64,000 nucleotides of DNA from Candidatus Hydrothermales bacterium (GTDB lineage Bacteria; Hydrothermota; Hydrothermia; Hydrothermales; JAJRUZ01), in contig JBCNUW010000002.1 of assembly GCA_039630575.1 (NCBI GenBank), positions 88,192 through 152,191 on the forward strand, written 5' to 3'. Shown piece by piece: positions 10,549-21,341 of the stretch. How positions within the stretch are numbered: position 1 is the first letter of the stretch; the number at the start of each line of letters is the position of its first letter. The notes beneath the pieces were generated by a model that saw only the letters and a program-made list of their open reading frames with translations, did no database searches and was not told the DNA's origin. Made by a program: the position numbers and the translations under genes.

Positions 10549-11729
10549 GACTTTCTTGTAAAAGAAAGCGAAATTCCTAAAAGAATACTGTTTATAATAA
10601 AATTAGTTCCACCATAGGAGAAAAATGTAAGAGGGATACCTGTTAATGGTAATAGACCTAAAACGCCTCCAATATTTACAAAAAAAGCGTAGAAAATAGA
10701 CGAAAAAGTTCCGAGAACAAAAAAAGCCTCAAAGCCTTCTTTTTCTTTACTCAAATTTAAAATTGAGCTAAGTAAGAAAAAGTAAAGCAAGATTAAAAAA
10801 AGTGATCCCAAAAATCCAAATTCTTCAGCAAAGGATGCAAAGGCAAAATCAGAATATGCCTGTGGTAAAAAGGCAAGAGACTTATGTGAACCTTTCAAAA
10901 AACCTTTACCTAAAATACCACCTGAACCAATGGCGAGCTTGCCTTGCAAAACTTGCCAACCTGCACCTTTTGGATCCTCTGCCGGATTTAAAAAATACTT
11001 CAGTCTTTTTCGCTGATACTCCTTTAAAAGATTATTATACACAAATGGAACTGTTAAACCTGGTAGCAAAATAGCAATCGAGAGTAAAATTCTATCAAAT
11101 GCCTTAAAACTTTTAATAAAAAAAACTAACAAAAGCGATAAAGTAGAAAATATGAAAAAACTTATAAAATTAAGGGAGGAAATAATTGATAAAGACGAAA
11201 ATATATAAAATAATTTCACGCCAACGCTAAAATTCAAAACAAAAATATAAACACCAAAAAGAAAAATATAAAAGAAAGCAGATCCAAGATCAGGTTCTAC
11301 TAAAACTAAAGAAAATGGAATAAGGTAGAGAAAAAACATTTTGAATGACTCAAAATAATCTCTCTTTTTAATAAGTGAACAGTTCAATGAATAAAAATAA
11401 ATCAGAAAAGGCTTCACTGCATCTGAAACCTGAAATGAAAAATTACCTATACGAAGCCACCTTTTTATACCTTCTTCCTTAACAAGAACTAAAACAAGAA
11501 GAAAAATACTGATTAAAAAGAATAAATAATAAAACTCTCTCCACTTTGGTAAATTTATCTTGCTAAAAAAGATTAATAAAGAAAAACCAAGTATAAAGTA
11601 AACAAGGTGCCTTAAAAATAAATGTCCTCCAAAAGAACGTGAAATTGAAAAAATATTCAATATACCTAAAAAGGAAATAAGTAAATATATAATTAAAACT
11701 CTATTGTAAACTTTTAAGATATTTTTCAT
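10542..11729 (-). CDS. rodA: Rod shape-determining SEDS protein RodA
   Basis: RWLRIG..FQVSD, EPDLG, AIGSGG..GKG, SDFAF..FAEEFG, LLPLTGIPL..SYGG; follows pbp2; start at ATG 11729. Confidence 0.9.
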   Translation of the reverse strand: MKNILKVYNRVLIIYLLISFLGILNIFSISRSFGGHLFLRHLVYFILGFSLLIFFSKINLPKWREFYYLFFLISIFLLVLVLVKEEGIKRWLRIGNFSFQVSDAVKPFLIYFYSLNCSLIKKRDYFESFKMFFLYLIPFSLVLVEPDLGSAFFYIFLFGVYIFVLNFSVGVKLFYIFSSLSIISSLNFISFFIFSTLSLLLVFFIKSFKAFDRILLSIAILLPGLTVPFVYNNLLKEYQRKRLKYFLNPAEDPKGAGWQVLQGKLAIGSGGILGKGFLKGSHKSLAFLPQAYSDFAFASFAEEFGFLGSLFLILLYFFLLSSILNLSKEKEGFEAFFVLGTFSSIFYAFFVNIGGVLGLLPLTGIPLTFFSYGGTNFIINSILLGISLSFTRKSY

Positions 11730-13308
11730 TAAGCCAATTAACCACCTTTCCAGCAATTGGAGCAGCTATCTCACCTCCCATACCAATATTCTCAACAATC
11801 ACATAAACTGTAAATTTTGGATCATCAAAGGGGAAAAAACAAGCAAACTGAGCATGATCCTTACCAAAGGGATTTTGTGCTGTTCCTGTCTTACCCACAA
11901 TCTTCAAACCTGGAACATAACTCAACCTTCCTGTTCCCTCTTCACCGTGCACCACTTTTAAAAGTGCTTTTTTTAAAATTCTTATGTTCTCCTTTTTGAA
12001 AGGTAATTCAACTTCTTCCACCTTTAAATCCTTTAAAAGAAAAGGGGAAGGTGCTTTCCCATCACAAGCAATTAAAGAAAATAAAAATGCTATCTGTAGT
12101 GGAGTCATAAGAATTTCTCCCTGACCAATTCCAAGATTTAAAACATTCCCCTCACCAAATCCATACTTCCCATATTTTTTAATATAAAAGTTAAAATCTG
12201 GCCTAAATCCATTTTTCTCTTCAAACAAGTCAATCCCTGTCTTTTCAAAGATTTTTAATTTTTCTAGGTAACTTAAAAATCTTTTTAAACCAATCCTTCT
12301 TGAAATTTCATAAAAATAAACATCACAAGAAACTTCTATAGCCTTAAAGAAATTCACAAAACCATGTCCCTCTTTTTTCCAATCCTTAAAAACTCTGTTA
12401 CCAAATCTATATACTCCATCACAATTTATAGTTTTGTTTGTATCAATTAAATTCTCTTCAAGAGCTATTAAAGCTGTGATAACCTTAAAAATACTACCTG
12501 GCGGATATAAACCCTGAATACACCTGTTTAAAAGTGGATGGAGAGAATCGTTTACAACTTTCGAAAGTTCTTCCTTTTCAGTTTTCCCTGTAAGATAATT
12601 TAAGTTATATGCGGGTTTTGAATATAAAGCTAAAACTTCTCCAGATTTTGGATTCATAACAACACATGCGCCCTTATTAAAAGGTTTAAAGAGAGAATCA
12701 ATAAACCTCCCAAGCTCCATATCAAGATTAACAGTTATATCTCTACCATCGATAGGCTCTAGTGGAGGTCTTGTCTCCCTATTATAAACTCTTCCTTTCA
12801 CATCCATTAAAAGAAATTTATAACCATCTGAGCCTCTTAAAATATCATCATAAAATTTTTCCAATCCCACTTTTCCAATCCTTAATAATGGATCTATCCC
12901 TCTTTCTACATCCTTTTTATCAGGAAGACCTGTATAACCTATAGTTTGAGCAAAAATATTTTCAAAGGGATAATACCTATATAGTAAAGCATAAACATTA
13001 AAAAGTTTTGAAGAATCAGGATCCTCTAAATATCTAATAACCTCCTCCATTTGAACATCTTCTTTATACAAAGAGTCTCCTTTTAATAATCTGAAGCCTG
13101 TTCGCCAATAAGATACTATTATTCCGTTTCTATCTAAAATTTTACCTCTTTTGGAAGGAAGTCTTATCTTCTTTGATTTTATCTCAATTGCTTTTTTTTC
13201 AAAAAATTCTCCCTTTAAAACTTGATAATCAAAAAGTTTTAAAAAAAACAAAAAAAATGAAAAAATTAAAAATGAATTTAAAACTTTAATACTAAAATCC
13301 TTTTCCAT
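11701..13308 (-). CDS. mrdA: Penicillin-binding protein 2
   Basis: RGKILDRNG, YPPGSIFK (SxxK), SCD (SxN-like), GKTGTAQ. Confidence 0.92.
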   Translation of the reverse strand: MEKDFSIKVLNSFLIFSFFLFFLKLFDYQVLKGEFFEKKAIEIKSKKIRLPSKRGKILDRNGIIVSYWRTGFRLLKGDSLYKEDVQMEEVIRYLEDPDSSKLFNVYALLYRYYPFENIFAQTIGYTGLPDKKDVERGIDPLLRIGKVGLEKFYDDILRGSDGYKFLLMDVKGRVYNRETRPPLEPIDGRDITVNLDMELGRFIDSLFKPFNKGACVVMNPKSGEVLALYSKPAYNLNYLTGKTEKEELSKVVNDSLHPLLNRCIQGLYPPGSIFKVITALIALEENLIDTNKTINCDGVYRFGNRVFKDWKKEGHGFVNFFKAIEVSCDVYFYEISRRIGLKRFLSYLEKLKIFEKTGIDLFEEKNGFRPDFNFYIKKYGKYGFGEGNVLNLGIGQGEILMTPLQIAFLFSLIACDGKAPSPFLLKDLKVEEVELPFKKENIRILKKALLKVVHGEEGTGRLSYVPGLKIVGKTGTAQNPFGKDHAQFACFFPFDDPKFTVYVIVENIGMGGEIAAPIAGKVVNWLNEKYLKSLQ

Positions 13309-13682
13309 GGTATCGAATGAACAAAGGAAAATAATACAAAAGTGAAAAAAAAGAAATAGAAGCCTTTTAAAAAGATTAACGGACTAAATATTAGAATATT
13401 TCTTAAAAGTTGCGTAATGAAAATTGTAAAATTAATCTTATTTTTAAAGTAGTAATATAACATAAAAGTTACAATTAAAAAAAAAGTTAAAGGAACTTCT
13501 GAAAAATAATCATAAAAAACTCCAAAAATAAATAAATAAATAAAACTTAATGGTCTAACATCATCAATAACTATAAGAAACATAACAATTAAAGAAATAT
13601 CTAAAGGTAAGTAAGGAAAAAAAATTTTTGATACAGGTAGTATGAAAAAAAGATTAAAAACAAAAATTAAGAAATTAATCAT
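13278..13682 (-). CDS. mreD: MreD-like membrane protein
   Basis: Very hydrophobic 134 aa with GVFYD, located between mreC and mrdA. Confidence 0.7.
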   Translation of the reverse strand: MINFLIFVFNLFFILPVSKIFFPYLPLDISLIVMFLIVIDDVRPLSFIYLFIFGVFYDYFSEVPLTFFLIVTFMLYYYFKNKINFTIFITQLLRNILIFSPLIFLKGFYFFFFTFVLFSFVHSIPWKRILVLKF

Positions 13683-14338
13683 GGTCTAGGTGGAACAACA
13701 TAATAAAAACAATACTTTTCCGGTTTCCATAAAGGAGATACATATATTTCAAAAAAAATTTCTCCCTTTTTTTCTACTATACTATCTACAATAAAAGCTG
13801 GTATACCACTAGGAAAATTTTCTGTAATACCACTTGTATATAAAGTATCACCTTTGTTTATCTCACCCCAAGAAGGATAAAAATAAACAATTCCAAACCT
13901 CCCACCGGTTCCCTGATATATTGATAAAATGTTATACTTTGAAATTAAGGAACACTTAAAATCCTCATTGAAAACAGTTTTAACTTTTAAAAAGTTTTTG
14001 TTAACCTCCAAAACTTTACCAACTAAAGCACCTTCTGTTACAACTACATCTCCCTTTTGCCCCTCTCCCTTTAAGATAAGATTTTTTGGATAGGGAAAAT
14101 CATCATAATAAACCGGAAAATTAACAAAAAGGGGAACCTCATGTTTTTTTAATTTAAATTTTAAACCCTCGAGTTTTTTCTCTCTAATATATAAAAAGGA
14201 ATGAATTTCGTTATAAATATAAAAGTAAGGATAATAAATATAATTCTCAATTTTTTCATCAATAAAGGTTCTAATTTTTTTATTAAATGTCAAAAGTGAA
14301 AAAAACAATAAAAAGAAAAAATAAAGAAACTTACTCAA
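13679..14338 (-). CDS. mreC: Rod shape-determining protein MreC
   Basis: ALVGKV, GDTLYTSG..FPSGIP; follows mreB. Confidence 0.85.
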   Translation of the reverse strand: MSKFLYFFFLLFFSLLTFNKKIRTFIDEKIENYIYYPYFYIYNEIHSFLYIREKKLEGLKFKLKKHEVPLFVNFPVYYDDFPYPKNLILKGEGQKGDVVVTEGALVGKVLEVNKNFLKVKTVFNEDFKCSLISKYNILSIYQGTGGRFGIVYFYPSWGEINKGDTLYTSGITENFPSGIPAFIVDSIVEKKGEIFFEIYVSPLWKPEKYCFYYVVPPRP

Positions 14339-15383
14339 ATATTCTTTTTCTTTCTCTTAAAAGAACCTTCTCATAAATTTCAAGGTTGTCAATGATTTTT
14401 CCTGCTCCCCTCACTACACATGTCCTTGGATCATCCGCAACTCTTACAGGAAGACCTGTAGCCTCCTGAATTAAAATATCTAAGTTCCTAAGTAAAGCAC
14501 CACCTCCTGTTAGATAAATTCCTCTATCGATTATATCTGAAGAAAGCTCTGGTGGCGTCTTGTCAAGAGCCTTTTTTGTTGAATCTATTATTTGAGCAAG
14601 AGGTTCTTTTAGAGCCTCTCTCACCTCGCTAGATGTTATCTTAATAGTCCGAGGAATTCCCTTTACTAAATCTCTTCCCCTTACTTCCATCTCTCTTTCA
14701 TCGCCAATTGGTAAACAGTTCCCAATTTCAATTTTAATTCTTTCAGCAGTTTGATCACCAATCAAAACATTATATTTCTTTTTAACATACTCTATAATCG
14801 ATTCGTCTAACTCATCTCCAGCAACTCGTGTTGAAACATTTGAAACAATTCCATTTAGAGCAATCACAGCAATCTCAGTAGTTCCACCTCCAATATCTAT
14901 TACCATATTTCCAACAGGCTCTGAAATAGGAAGACCAATTCCAACTGCTGCAGCAATCGGTTCAGCCACAAGAAAAACGTCCCTTGCACCTGCATGAATT
15001 GCTGAATCCCTTACTGCTCTAATCTCTACCTCAGTTATCCCAGATGGAACACATATGAGAATTTTTGGATGCAAAAATAAAGACTTTTTAGTTACCTTAG
15101 TTATAAAATAATGAAGCATCTCCTGAACTAAAGCAAAATCTGCTATAACACCATCTTTCATCGGTCTTCTAGCAACAATCTCACCTGGAGTTTTACCTAG
15201 CATCTTCTTAGCCTCACTTCCCACAGCTATGACTTTTCCTGATTCTTTCTCAACAGCAACTACCGAAGGTTCATCCAAAACAATTCCTTTTTCTTTTAAA
15301 TAAATCAAAGTAGTTGCAGTACCAAGATCAATAGCTATCTCATTACCAAGAAAAAAATCAAAAAACTTGAAAAAATTTTTCAC
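14331..15383 (-). CDS. mreB: Actin-like MreB
   Basis: IDLGTA, EPSVVA, RPMKDGVIADF, DIGGGTTE, LTGGGALL. Confidence 0.97.
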   Translation of the reverse strand: MKNFFKFFDFFLGNEIAIDLGTATTLIYLKEKGIVLDEPSVVAVEKESGKVIAVGSEAKKMLGKTPGEIVARRPMKDGVIADFALVQEMLHYFITKVTKKSLFLHPKILICVPSGITEVEIRAVRDSAIHAGARDVFLVAEPIAAAVGIGLPISEPVGNMVIDIGGGTTEIAVIALNGIVSNVSTRVAGDELDESIIEYVKKKYNVLIGDQTAERIKIEIGNCLPIGDEREMEVRGRDLVKGIPRTIKITSSEVREALKEPLAQIIDSTKKALDKTPPELSSDIIDRGIYLTGGGALLRNLDILIQEATGLPVRVADDPRTCVVRGAGKIIDNLEIYEKVLLRERKRIFE

Positions 15384-15395
15384 GTTAATTAATAT

Positions 15396-15596
15396 TTAAT
15401 AATTTTTTCCAAATTTTTCCCTTAAAATTGTTTTAACTCTCGCAATATCTCTTTTAAATTTTCTAATCTCAGTGGGCTTCTCAATACTACCCAACACCTT
15501 CTTTGTTCTTAACTCAAATAATTTCTCTTTTAATTCTTTTAAAATTCTTAATAGTTCTTCTTGATCAAGTTCTCTAAGTTCAGAAGCCTTCACCAT
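15396..15596 (-). CDS. rpmC: 50S ribosomal protein L29
   Basis: [19 protein letters not shown]. Confidence 0.95.
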   Translation of the reverse strand: MVKASELRELDQEELLRILKELKEKLFELRTKKVLGSIEKPTEIRKFKRDIARVKTILREKFGKNY

Positions 15597-16009
15597 CCTC
15601 CCTCCCTTTGAGTAACAAATCTTGTTTTTATTGGCAACTTATGAGAAGCCAGTTCGAAAGCCCTTCTTGCAACATCCTCTGAAACACCAGCAAGTTCAAA
15701 AAGAATCCTACCTCTTTTTACAACAGCTACATAATGATCAACATTTCCCTTACCCTTTCCCATCCTGGTCTCTGCTGGCTTTTTGGAAACGGGTTTATCA
15801 GGAAATATCCTTATCCACAATTTACCACCTTTTTTTAAATACCTACCAATAGCTAACCTACATGCTTCAATTTGATTTGCTTTAATCCAGGCAGACTCAA
15901 GTGCTTTTAAACCATACTCTCCAAAAGCAAGATAACATCCATCAATCGCTTTTCCTTTCCTCCTTCCTCTATGTTGTTTTCTATATTTCATTCTTTTAGG
16001 TTGAAGCAT
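15590..16009 (-). CDS. rplP: 50S ribosomal protein L16
   Basis: [18 protein letters not shown]. Confidence 0.98.
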   Translation of the reverse strand: MLQPKRMKYRKQHRGRRKGKAIDGCYLAFGEYGLKALESAWIKANQIEACRLAIGRYLKKGGKLWIRIFPDKPVSKKPAETRMGKGKGNVDHYVAVVKRGRILFELAGVSEDVARRAFELASHKLPIKTRFVTQREGGW

Positions 16010-16011
16010 AT

Positions 16012-16668
16012 TTAAACCTCCTCAATTTCAGGTTTTTCAAGAATATCACCTTTATATATCCAAACTTTAACACCTATTGTTCCATACCTTGTAAAAGAAG
16101 TAGAAAAACCATAATCAATATCTGCCCTTATAGTCTGTAAAGGAACTCTACCCTGCATATACCCTTCCTTTCTTGCCAATTCTGCTCCTTGAAGTCTTCC
16201 TTTACATTGAACTTTTATTCCTTTTGCCCCCATTCTTAAAGCCTGTGAAACAGCCCTCTTCATGGCTCTCCTGTGAGAAACCTGCTGCTCTATTCTCCTT
16301 GCAATACCATCCGCAACAAGCTGAGCATCTAGTTCCGGAACTCTTATTTCCTGAACATGAATAGTTATATTTTCGTTTTTTAAAAGTGTGGAAAGTTCTT
16401 TTTTTACAAGTTCTATTTCCTTTCCCTTTTGTCCGATTACCATACCCGGAGAAGCAGTATAAACTGTGACAGTTATTTGATCACCAGCTCTATCAATGAT
16501 AACATCAGAAATTCTTGCATCCTTATATCTCTCTCTTAAATAAGTCCTAATTTTATTATCCTCATCAAAATATTTCACATACTCAGCTCTCCTATCTGCA
16601 AACCAGTGTGCCTTCCAATCTTTATTTATACCAAGCCTAAAACCATAAGGATGAACTTTTTGACCCAT
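16012..16668 (-). CDS. rpsC: 30S ribosomal protein S3
   Basis: [27 protein letters not shown]. Confidence 0.98.
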   Translation of the reverse strand: MGQKVHPYGFRLGINKDWKAHWFADRRAEYVKYFDEDNKIRTYLRERYKDARISDVIIDRAGDQITVTVYTASPGMVIGQKGKEIELVKKELSTLLKNENITIHVQEIRVPELDAQLVADGIARRIEQQVSHRRAMKRAVSQALRMGAKGIKVQCKGRLQGAELARKEGYMQGRVPLQTIRADIDYGFSTSFTRYGTIGVKVWIYKGDILEKPEIEEV

Positions 16669-17021
16669 TACTTTACCTCCTCCACCACAACTGTAAAATG
16701 AGCTGTATGTCTTCTTGCAATTCTTGGTGCTCCTCTAAATCCTGGTCTTAGGATTCTCCAAGTGGAACCTTTATCAACTTTACAAACTTTAACCATCAAG
16801 TTATTAAAATCAACGTCATCAAACTTTATACCCTTTTTTATTGCCCAGGAATTGCAAGCAGATTTTACTGCTTTGTAAAGTAATTTTGCCGGTTTTTTTG
16901 TAAGAAAATACAAAGTATCTAAAGCCTCTTTAGCAGTTTTTCCTCTTATAGCTTCACATATCCTCTTTGATTTTTTAAAAGATGTTCTCAGATACCTTAT
17001 CCTGGCAACTCCCTCAACCAT
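16668..17021 (-). CDS. rplV: 50S ribosomal protein L22
   Basis: ARIRYLRTS.KK..IRGK, HFTVVV; true start ATG 17021 just after rpsS stop. Confidence 0.93.
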   Translation of the reverse strand: MVEGVARIRYLRTSFKKSKRICEAIRGKTAKEALDTLYFLTKKPAKLLYKAVKSACNSWAIKKGIKFDDVDFNNLMVKVCKVDKGSTWRILRPGFRGAPRIARRHTAHFTVVVEEVK

Positions 17022-17022
17022 T

Positions 17023-17310
17023 TTATCCCTCCTTTTTTGCTTCCTTTTCCCTCTGACCCTTGTGTCCTCTAAATGTGCGTGTTGGTGAAAACTCACCAAG
17101 TTTATGACCAACCATTAATTCTGTTATATATACTGGAATGAACTTCCTTCCATTGTGCACCTGTATTGTTAAACCTACCATCTCAGGAATAACAGTGCTT
17201 CTTCTTGAATATGTTTTTATGGGAGTTACATCACCTTTTTGTTTTGCTTCCAAAATTTTTTTTAAAAGTTTTGGATCAACATAAACTCCCTTTTTACTTG
17301 ATCTGGGCAT
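17023..17310 (-). CDS. rpsS: 30S ribosomal protein S19
   Basis: [21 protein letters not shown]. Confidence 0.98.
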   Translation of the reverse strand: MPRSSKKGVYVDPKLLKKILEAKQKGDVTPIKTYSRRSTVIPEMVGLTIQVHNGRKFIPVYITELMVGHKLGEFSPTRTFRGHKGQREKEAKKEG

Positions 17311-17312
17311 AA

Positions 17313-18134
17313 TTATTTTCTCCTTTTTATTATGAATCTACTTGAAACTTTTCTTGGATTTCTTGTTTTCTTACCTTTTGTGATTTTTCCCCACGGAGTT
17401 TTTGGAATTTTCCCTTTTGTTCTTCCTTCACCTCCACCATGAGGGTGATCACATGGGTTCATTGCTGTACCCCTCACATGAGGTTTTTTACCCATCCATC
17501 TAATTCTACCTGCCTTACCTATTATTATGTTTTCATTATCAAGATTTGAAACTCTTCCTATGGTAGCTAATGATTTCTGATTTATAAGTCTTATTTCTCC
17601 CGAGGGTAGTTGAACATGAGCATACTTTCCCTCCTTTGCTAAAATAATAGCAGCACTTCCGGCAGATCTTACTAATTTACCACCCCTACCTGGAATAAGC
17701 TCTATGTTGTGAATTTCCATTCCCTCTGGAATTTCTGAGAGTGGTAAAGCATTACCAATTTTCAAAGGAGAACCTGAACCAGAAACCACCTCATCACCGA
17801 CCTTTAAACCTTCTGGAGCTAAAATATATCTTTTTTCACCATCCTTATAACATAATAGTGCTATTCTTGCCGTTCTATTAGGATCATACTCAATACTTAA
17901 AACCTTCGCAGGTATACCAAACTTTTCTCTTTTAAAATCAATAATCCTATATTGCCTTTTGTGACCACCACCTCTAAACCGAACCGTTATCCTACCATAA
18001 TTGTTTCTACCAGCTTTCTTTTTAAGTGGTAAAGTTAAGCTTTTTTCAGGTTCTGTTTTTGTAATCTCCTCAAATGTATAACCTGTCATAAACCTCCTTG
18101 AAGGTGTATAAGCTTTATACCTTTTTATACCCAT
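17313..18134 (-). CDS. rplB: 50S ribosomal protein L2
   Basis: [20 protein letters not shown]. Confidence 0.98.
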   Translation of the reverse strand: MGIKRYKAYTPSRRFMTGYTFEEITKTEPEKSLTLPLKKKAGRNNYGRITVRFRGGGHKRQYRIIDFKREKFGIPAKVLSIEYDPNRTARIALLCYKDGEKRYILAPEGLKVGDEVVSGSGSPLKIGNALPLSEIPEGMEIHNIELIPGRGGKLVRSAGSAAIILAKEGKYAHVQLPSGEIRLINQKSLATIGRVSNLDNENIIIGKAGRIRWMGKKPHVRGTAMNPCDHPHGGGEGRTKGKIPKTPWGKITKGKKTRNPRKVSSRFIIKRRK

Positions 18135-18146
18135 ATCACACCCCCT

Positions 18147-18440
18147 CTACATTCCTTCATATAAAGGTATTGTTTCACCTTCTTTTAATTTTACATACGC
18201 CTTTTTCCATGAGGATGTTCTACCGTATAGTCGATGTCTTAGCCTTTTTGGCTTAGATTTAACATTGAGAGTTCTTACTTTTTCAACTTTTACCTTATAT
18301 AAATTTTCAATTGCCCATTTAATTTCTTTTTTATTTGCATCTTTCCTTACTTTAAAAATATAGTAATTAGATTTTTCTCTTAAAAATGTTCCTTTTTCAG
18401 TTATAAGCGGTGAAATTATAATATCATAAGGACTTTTCAC
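18147..18440 (-). CDS. rplW: 50S ribosomal protein L23
   Basis: PLITEK, WKKAYVKL. Confidence 0.97.
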   Translation of the reverse strand: MKSPYDIIISPLITEKGTFLREKSNYYIFKVRKDANKKEIKWAIENLYKVKVEKVRTLNVKSKPKRLRHRLYGRTSSWKKAYVKLKEGETIPLYEGM

Positions 18441-19071
18441 TTTTTAATCCTCCTCTTACTTCTAAAAATTCATTTAGACCTTCATCTGAAAAAATTATAT
18501 ATTTAGAATTTAATACATCATATGCGTTCACATCTTTTGCTCTTTTGCATTCAACTTTTTCAATATTTTTAAATGCTAAAAAACTTTTCCTTTCAGAATC
18601 AGCAAACAATAAAATAACCTTTTTATCAGTCAACCCAAGACTGTTTATTACTTTTTCCCCTTCTTTTGTTTTTAGTGTTAAATCCTTAACACCAGTTAAT
18701 ACTTTAACTCTCTCATCCCTTGCTCTATCACTTAAAGCAATATACAGTGCTTTTAATTTAACTTTATAAGGTAAACTTATTGAAAAATCCCTTGGTTTAG
18801 GACCAAAAACAACTCCTCCCTTTCTCCATATTGGGGATCTAATTGAACCATGCCTTGCCCAACCTGTATGCTTCTGTGGCCAAGGTTTCCTCCCGCCTCC
18901 ACTCACTTCTCCCCTTGTCTTTGTATTTGCAGTACCTGCTCTCTTCCTTGATAAGTAATACCTTGTTACAAGCCAAAGTAAATGCAAGTTAGGTTTTAAA
19001 TTGAATATATAAGATGGTAACTCTCTTTCACCAATTTCTTTTCCTGTTATGTCAAAAACCTTTGCCTTCAT
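18424..19071 (-). CDS. rplD: 50S ribosomal protein L4
   Basis: TKTRGEVSGGGRKPWPQKHTG, GGVVFGPKPR. Confidence 0.97.
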   Translation of the reverse strand: MKAKVFDITGKEIGERELPSYIFNLKPNLHLLWLVTRYYLSRKRAGTANTKTRGEVSGGGRKPWPQKHTGWARHGSIRSPIWRKGGVVFGPKPRDFSISLPYKVKLKALYIALSDRARDERVKVLTGVKDLTLKTKEGEKVINSLGLTDKKVILLFADSERKSFLAFKNIEKVECKRAKDVNAYDVLNSKYIIFSDEGLNEFLEVRGGLKSEKSL

Positions 19072-19715
19072 TTCTGTTTTACTCTTTTAGGACTCCTAAT
19101 AATAACTATTGATCCATTAGGACCAGGAACCGATCCCTTTAATCCTATTATCTTATTTTCTGTATCAACATATACAACCTTTAAGTTATGAATGGTCTCT
19201 CTTTCATTTCCATAATGACCAGCCATCTTTTTCCCTTTCCAAACTCTCCCGGGATCTGTTGTTTGGCCAATTGAACCAGGTCTTCTATGAGACATTGATC
19301 CATGAGAAGCTGGACCACCAGCGAAATTCCATCTTTTCACTACACCAGAAAAACCTCTACCTTTGGTAAATCCAATAACATCTACAGTCTCTTCAGTCTG
19401 AAAGATTGAAGGTGATAGTTCAGAACCAACTCCAAAAATTTGTGAATCAAATTCACCCCTTATCTCTTTTATCAATTCAGCAGGATATTCCTCTCTATCC
19501 CCAAAAACTTTTTTTAATTCACCTAAAAGAGGTCTTTTTATCCTTTTAACCTTCTTTTTACCAATACAAAGCTTTACTGCTGAATAACCATCCTTTTCTT
19601 TAGTTCGAACTCCCAGAACATATACGTTATCTACATGTAAAAGTGTACATGGAATGATACTTTCCTTATAAGGAATTCTTGTCATTCCAATTTTTCTTGC
19701 CAAAAGAGCTTTCAT
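19068..19715 (-). CDS. rplC: 50S ribosomal protein L3
   Basis: KIGMT, GPASHGS..HRRPGSIG, GKKMAG, GSVPG. Confidence 0.97.
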   Translation of the reverse strand: MKALLARKIGMTRIPYKESIIPCTLLHVDNVYVLGVRTKEKDGYSAVKLCIGKKKVKRIKRPLLGELKKVFGDREEYPAELIKEIRGEFDSQIFGVGSELSPSIFQTEETVDVIGFTKGRGFSGVVKRWNFAGGPASHGSMSHRRPGSIGQTTDPGRVWKGKKMAGHYGNERETIHNLKVVYVDTENKIIGLKGSVPGPNGSIVIIRSPKRVKQK

Positions 19716-20035
19716 TTTTCAACACTCACTTCAATTTTTACATCAACACCAGCTGGGAGATCAAGCTTTGACAGCTTCTCAACTGTTTCCTGAGTTGGAT
19801 TTATTATCTCTATTAATCTTTTATGGACAGAATAAAAAAACTGTTCTCTTGAGGTTTTATGAACAAAGGGACTTCTTATTACACTTATTAATGTTTTCTT
19901 TGTAGGTAATGGAATGGGACCCCTAACATCAGCTCCTGTTCCCCGAGCTGTTAAAGCAATCCTTTTTGCTGATTTTTCAATGAGCCTAGGGTCAAAACTC
20001 TTTAACTTTATCCTTATCTTTTCAGTTAATGGCAT
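19712..20035 (-). CDS. rpsJ: 30S ribosomal protein S10
   Basis: IRIKLKSFD, GPIPLPT, SREQF. Confidence 0.97.
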   Translation of the reverse strand: MPLTEKIRIKLKSFDPRLIEKSAKRIALTARGTGADVRGPIPLPTKKTLISVIRSPFVHKTSREQFFYSVHKRLIEIINPTQETVEKLSKLDLPAGVDVKIEVSVEK

Positions 20036-20041
20036 ATCTTC

Positions 20042-21256
20042 TTAATCTATGATATCTGTTATTACTCCTGCACCAACTGTTTTTCCGCCTTCTCTTATAG
20101 CAAACCGAAGTTCCTTCTCCATTGCAACAGGGTACATAAGCTCAACCTCAAGATTAACATGATCACCAGGCATAACCATTTCTCTCCCTTCTGGAAGTTT
20201 TATTGAACCTGTGACATCTGTTGTTCTAAAATAAAATTGAGGCTTATAACCTGTAAAGAAAGGAGTATGTCTTCCTCCTTCCTCTTTTGTAAGAACATAA
20301 ACCTGTGCCCTAAATTTTGTGTGGGGTGTAATAGTGTTGGGTTTTGCAAGAACCATTCCTCTTTCAACCTCGTCCTTACCTATTCCTCTTAAAAGAATAC
20401 CCACATTATCTCCTGCTCTTGCCTCATCAAGTACCTTTCTAAACATTTCAACAGATGTAGCTACGGTTTTTCGAGTGGGTCCAAAACCAACAATCTCTAC
20501 CTCATCTCCAGGCTTTAAAGTTCCTCTTTCAACTCTTCCTGTTACTACTGTTCCTCTACCAGTAATTGAGAAAACATCTTCAATAGCCATTAAAAAGGGT
20601 CTATCTATTTCTCTTATAGGATCTGGAATATAATTATCCATTGCATCTATTAACTCCCAAATTTTACCACAATGTTCACATTCCCTCTTACCACATCCAC
20701 ACCTCATTGCATTTAAAGCACTACCTCTTATAACAGGAACCTCATTTCCTGGAAACTCGTATTTTTTCAAAAGATCTCTCACCTCTTCTTCAACAAGATC
20801 TACTATCTCAGGATCATCTACTGCATCTACCTTGTTAATAAATACAACTATATAAGGCACGTTTACCTGTCTTGCCAAAAGAACATGTTCTCTTGTCTGC
20901 GGCATAACTGAATCAACAGCTGAAACTACCAAAATAGAACCATCCATTTGAGCAGCACCTGTTATCATGTTCTTTATATAGTCATGATGACCAGGACAAT
21001 CGATATGGGCATAATGTCTTTTCTCTGACTCATACTCTACATGAGCAAGATTAACGGTTAAAATCTTAGTTTCATCCCTTCTAAAAAGCTTAACATCAGC
21101 CTTTGCTACCTGCTCATACTCCTGCTCAACAGCAAGACCATGCTTGGAAAGTACTTTTGTAATAGCAGAAGTCAAAGTAGTCTTACCATGGTCAATGTGA
21201 CCTATCGTACCCACATTAACATGCGTCTTCTTTCTTTCAAATTTAGGTTTACTCAT
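20042..21256 (-). CDS. tuf: Elongation factor Tu
   Basis: [25 protein letters not shown]; start MSKPKFER at ATG 21256. Confidence 0.98.
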   Translation of the reverse strand: MSKPKFERKKTHVNVGTIGHIDHGKTTLTSAITKVLSKHGLAVEQEYEQVAKADVKLFRRDETKILTVNLAHVEYESEKRHYAHIDCPGHHDYIKNMITGAAQMDGSILVVSAVDSVMPQTREHVLLARQVNVPYIVVFINKVDAVDDPEIVDLVEEEVRDLLKKYEFPGNEVPVIRGSALNAMRCGCGKRECEHCGKIWELIDAMDNYIPDPIREIDRPFLMAIEDVFSITGRGTVVTGRVERGTLKPGDEVEIVGFGPTRKTVATSVEMFRKVLDEARAGDNVGILLRGIGKDEVERGMVLAKPNTITPHTKFRAQVYVLTKEEGGRHTPFFTGYKPQFYFRTTDVTGSIKLPEGREMVMPGDHVNLEVELMYPVAMEKELRFAIREGGKTVGAGVITDIID

Positions 21257-21273
21257 TTTAAAAATATAACTTT

Positions 21274-21294
21274 CCAGGGATTTGAACCCATTGG
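21274..21294 (-). promoter_or_regulatory. tRNA T-arm-like hairpin in tuf leader
   Basis: Minus strand CCA-AT-GGG-TTCAAAT-CCC-TGG, core 21277-21289, 20 nt before ATG; TAAAAT at 21309-21314. Confidence 0.75.
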
Positions 21295-21341
21295 GTCCTT
21301 TCAAAATAATTTTAAAATTTTAAAATAATAATTTAATTATT

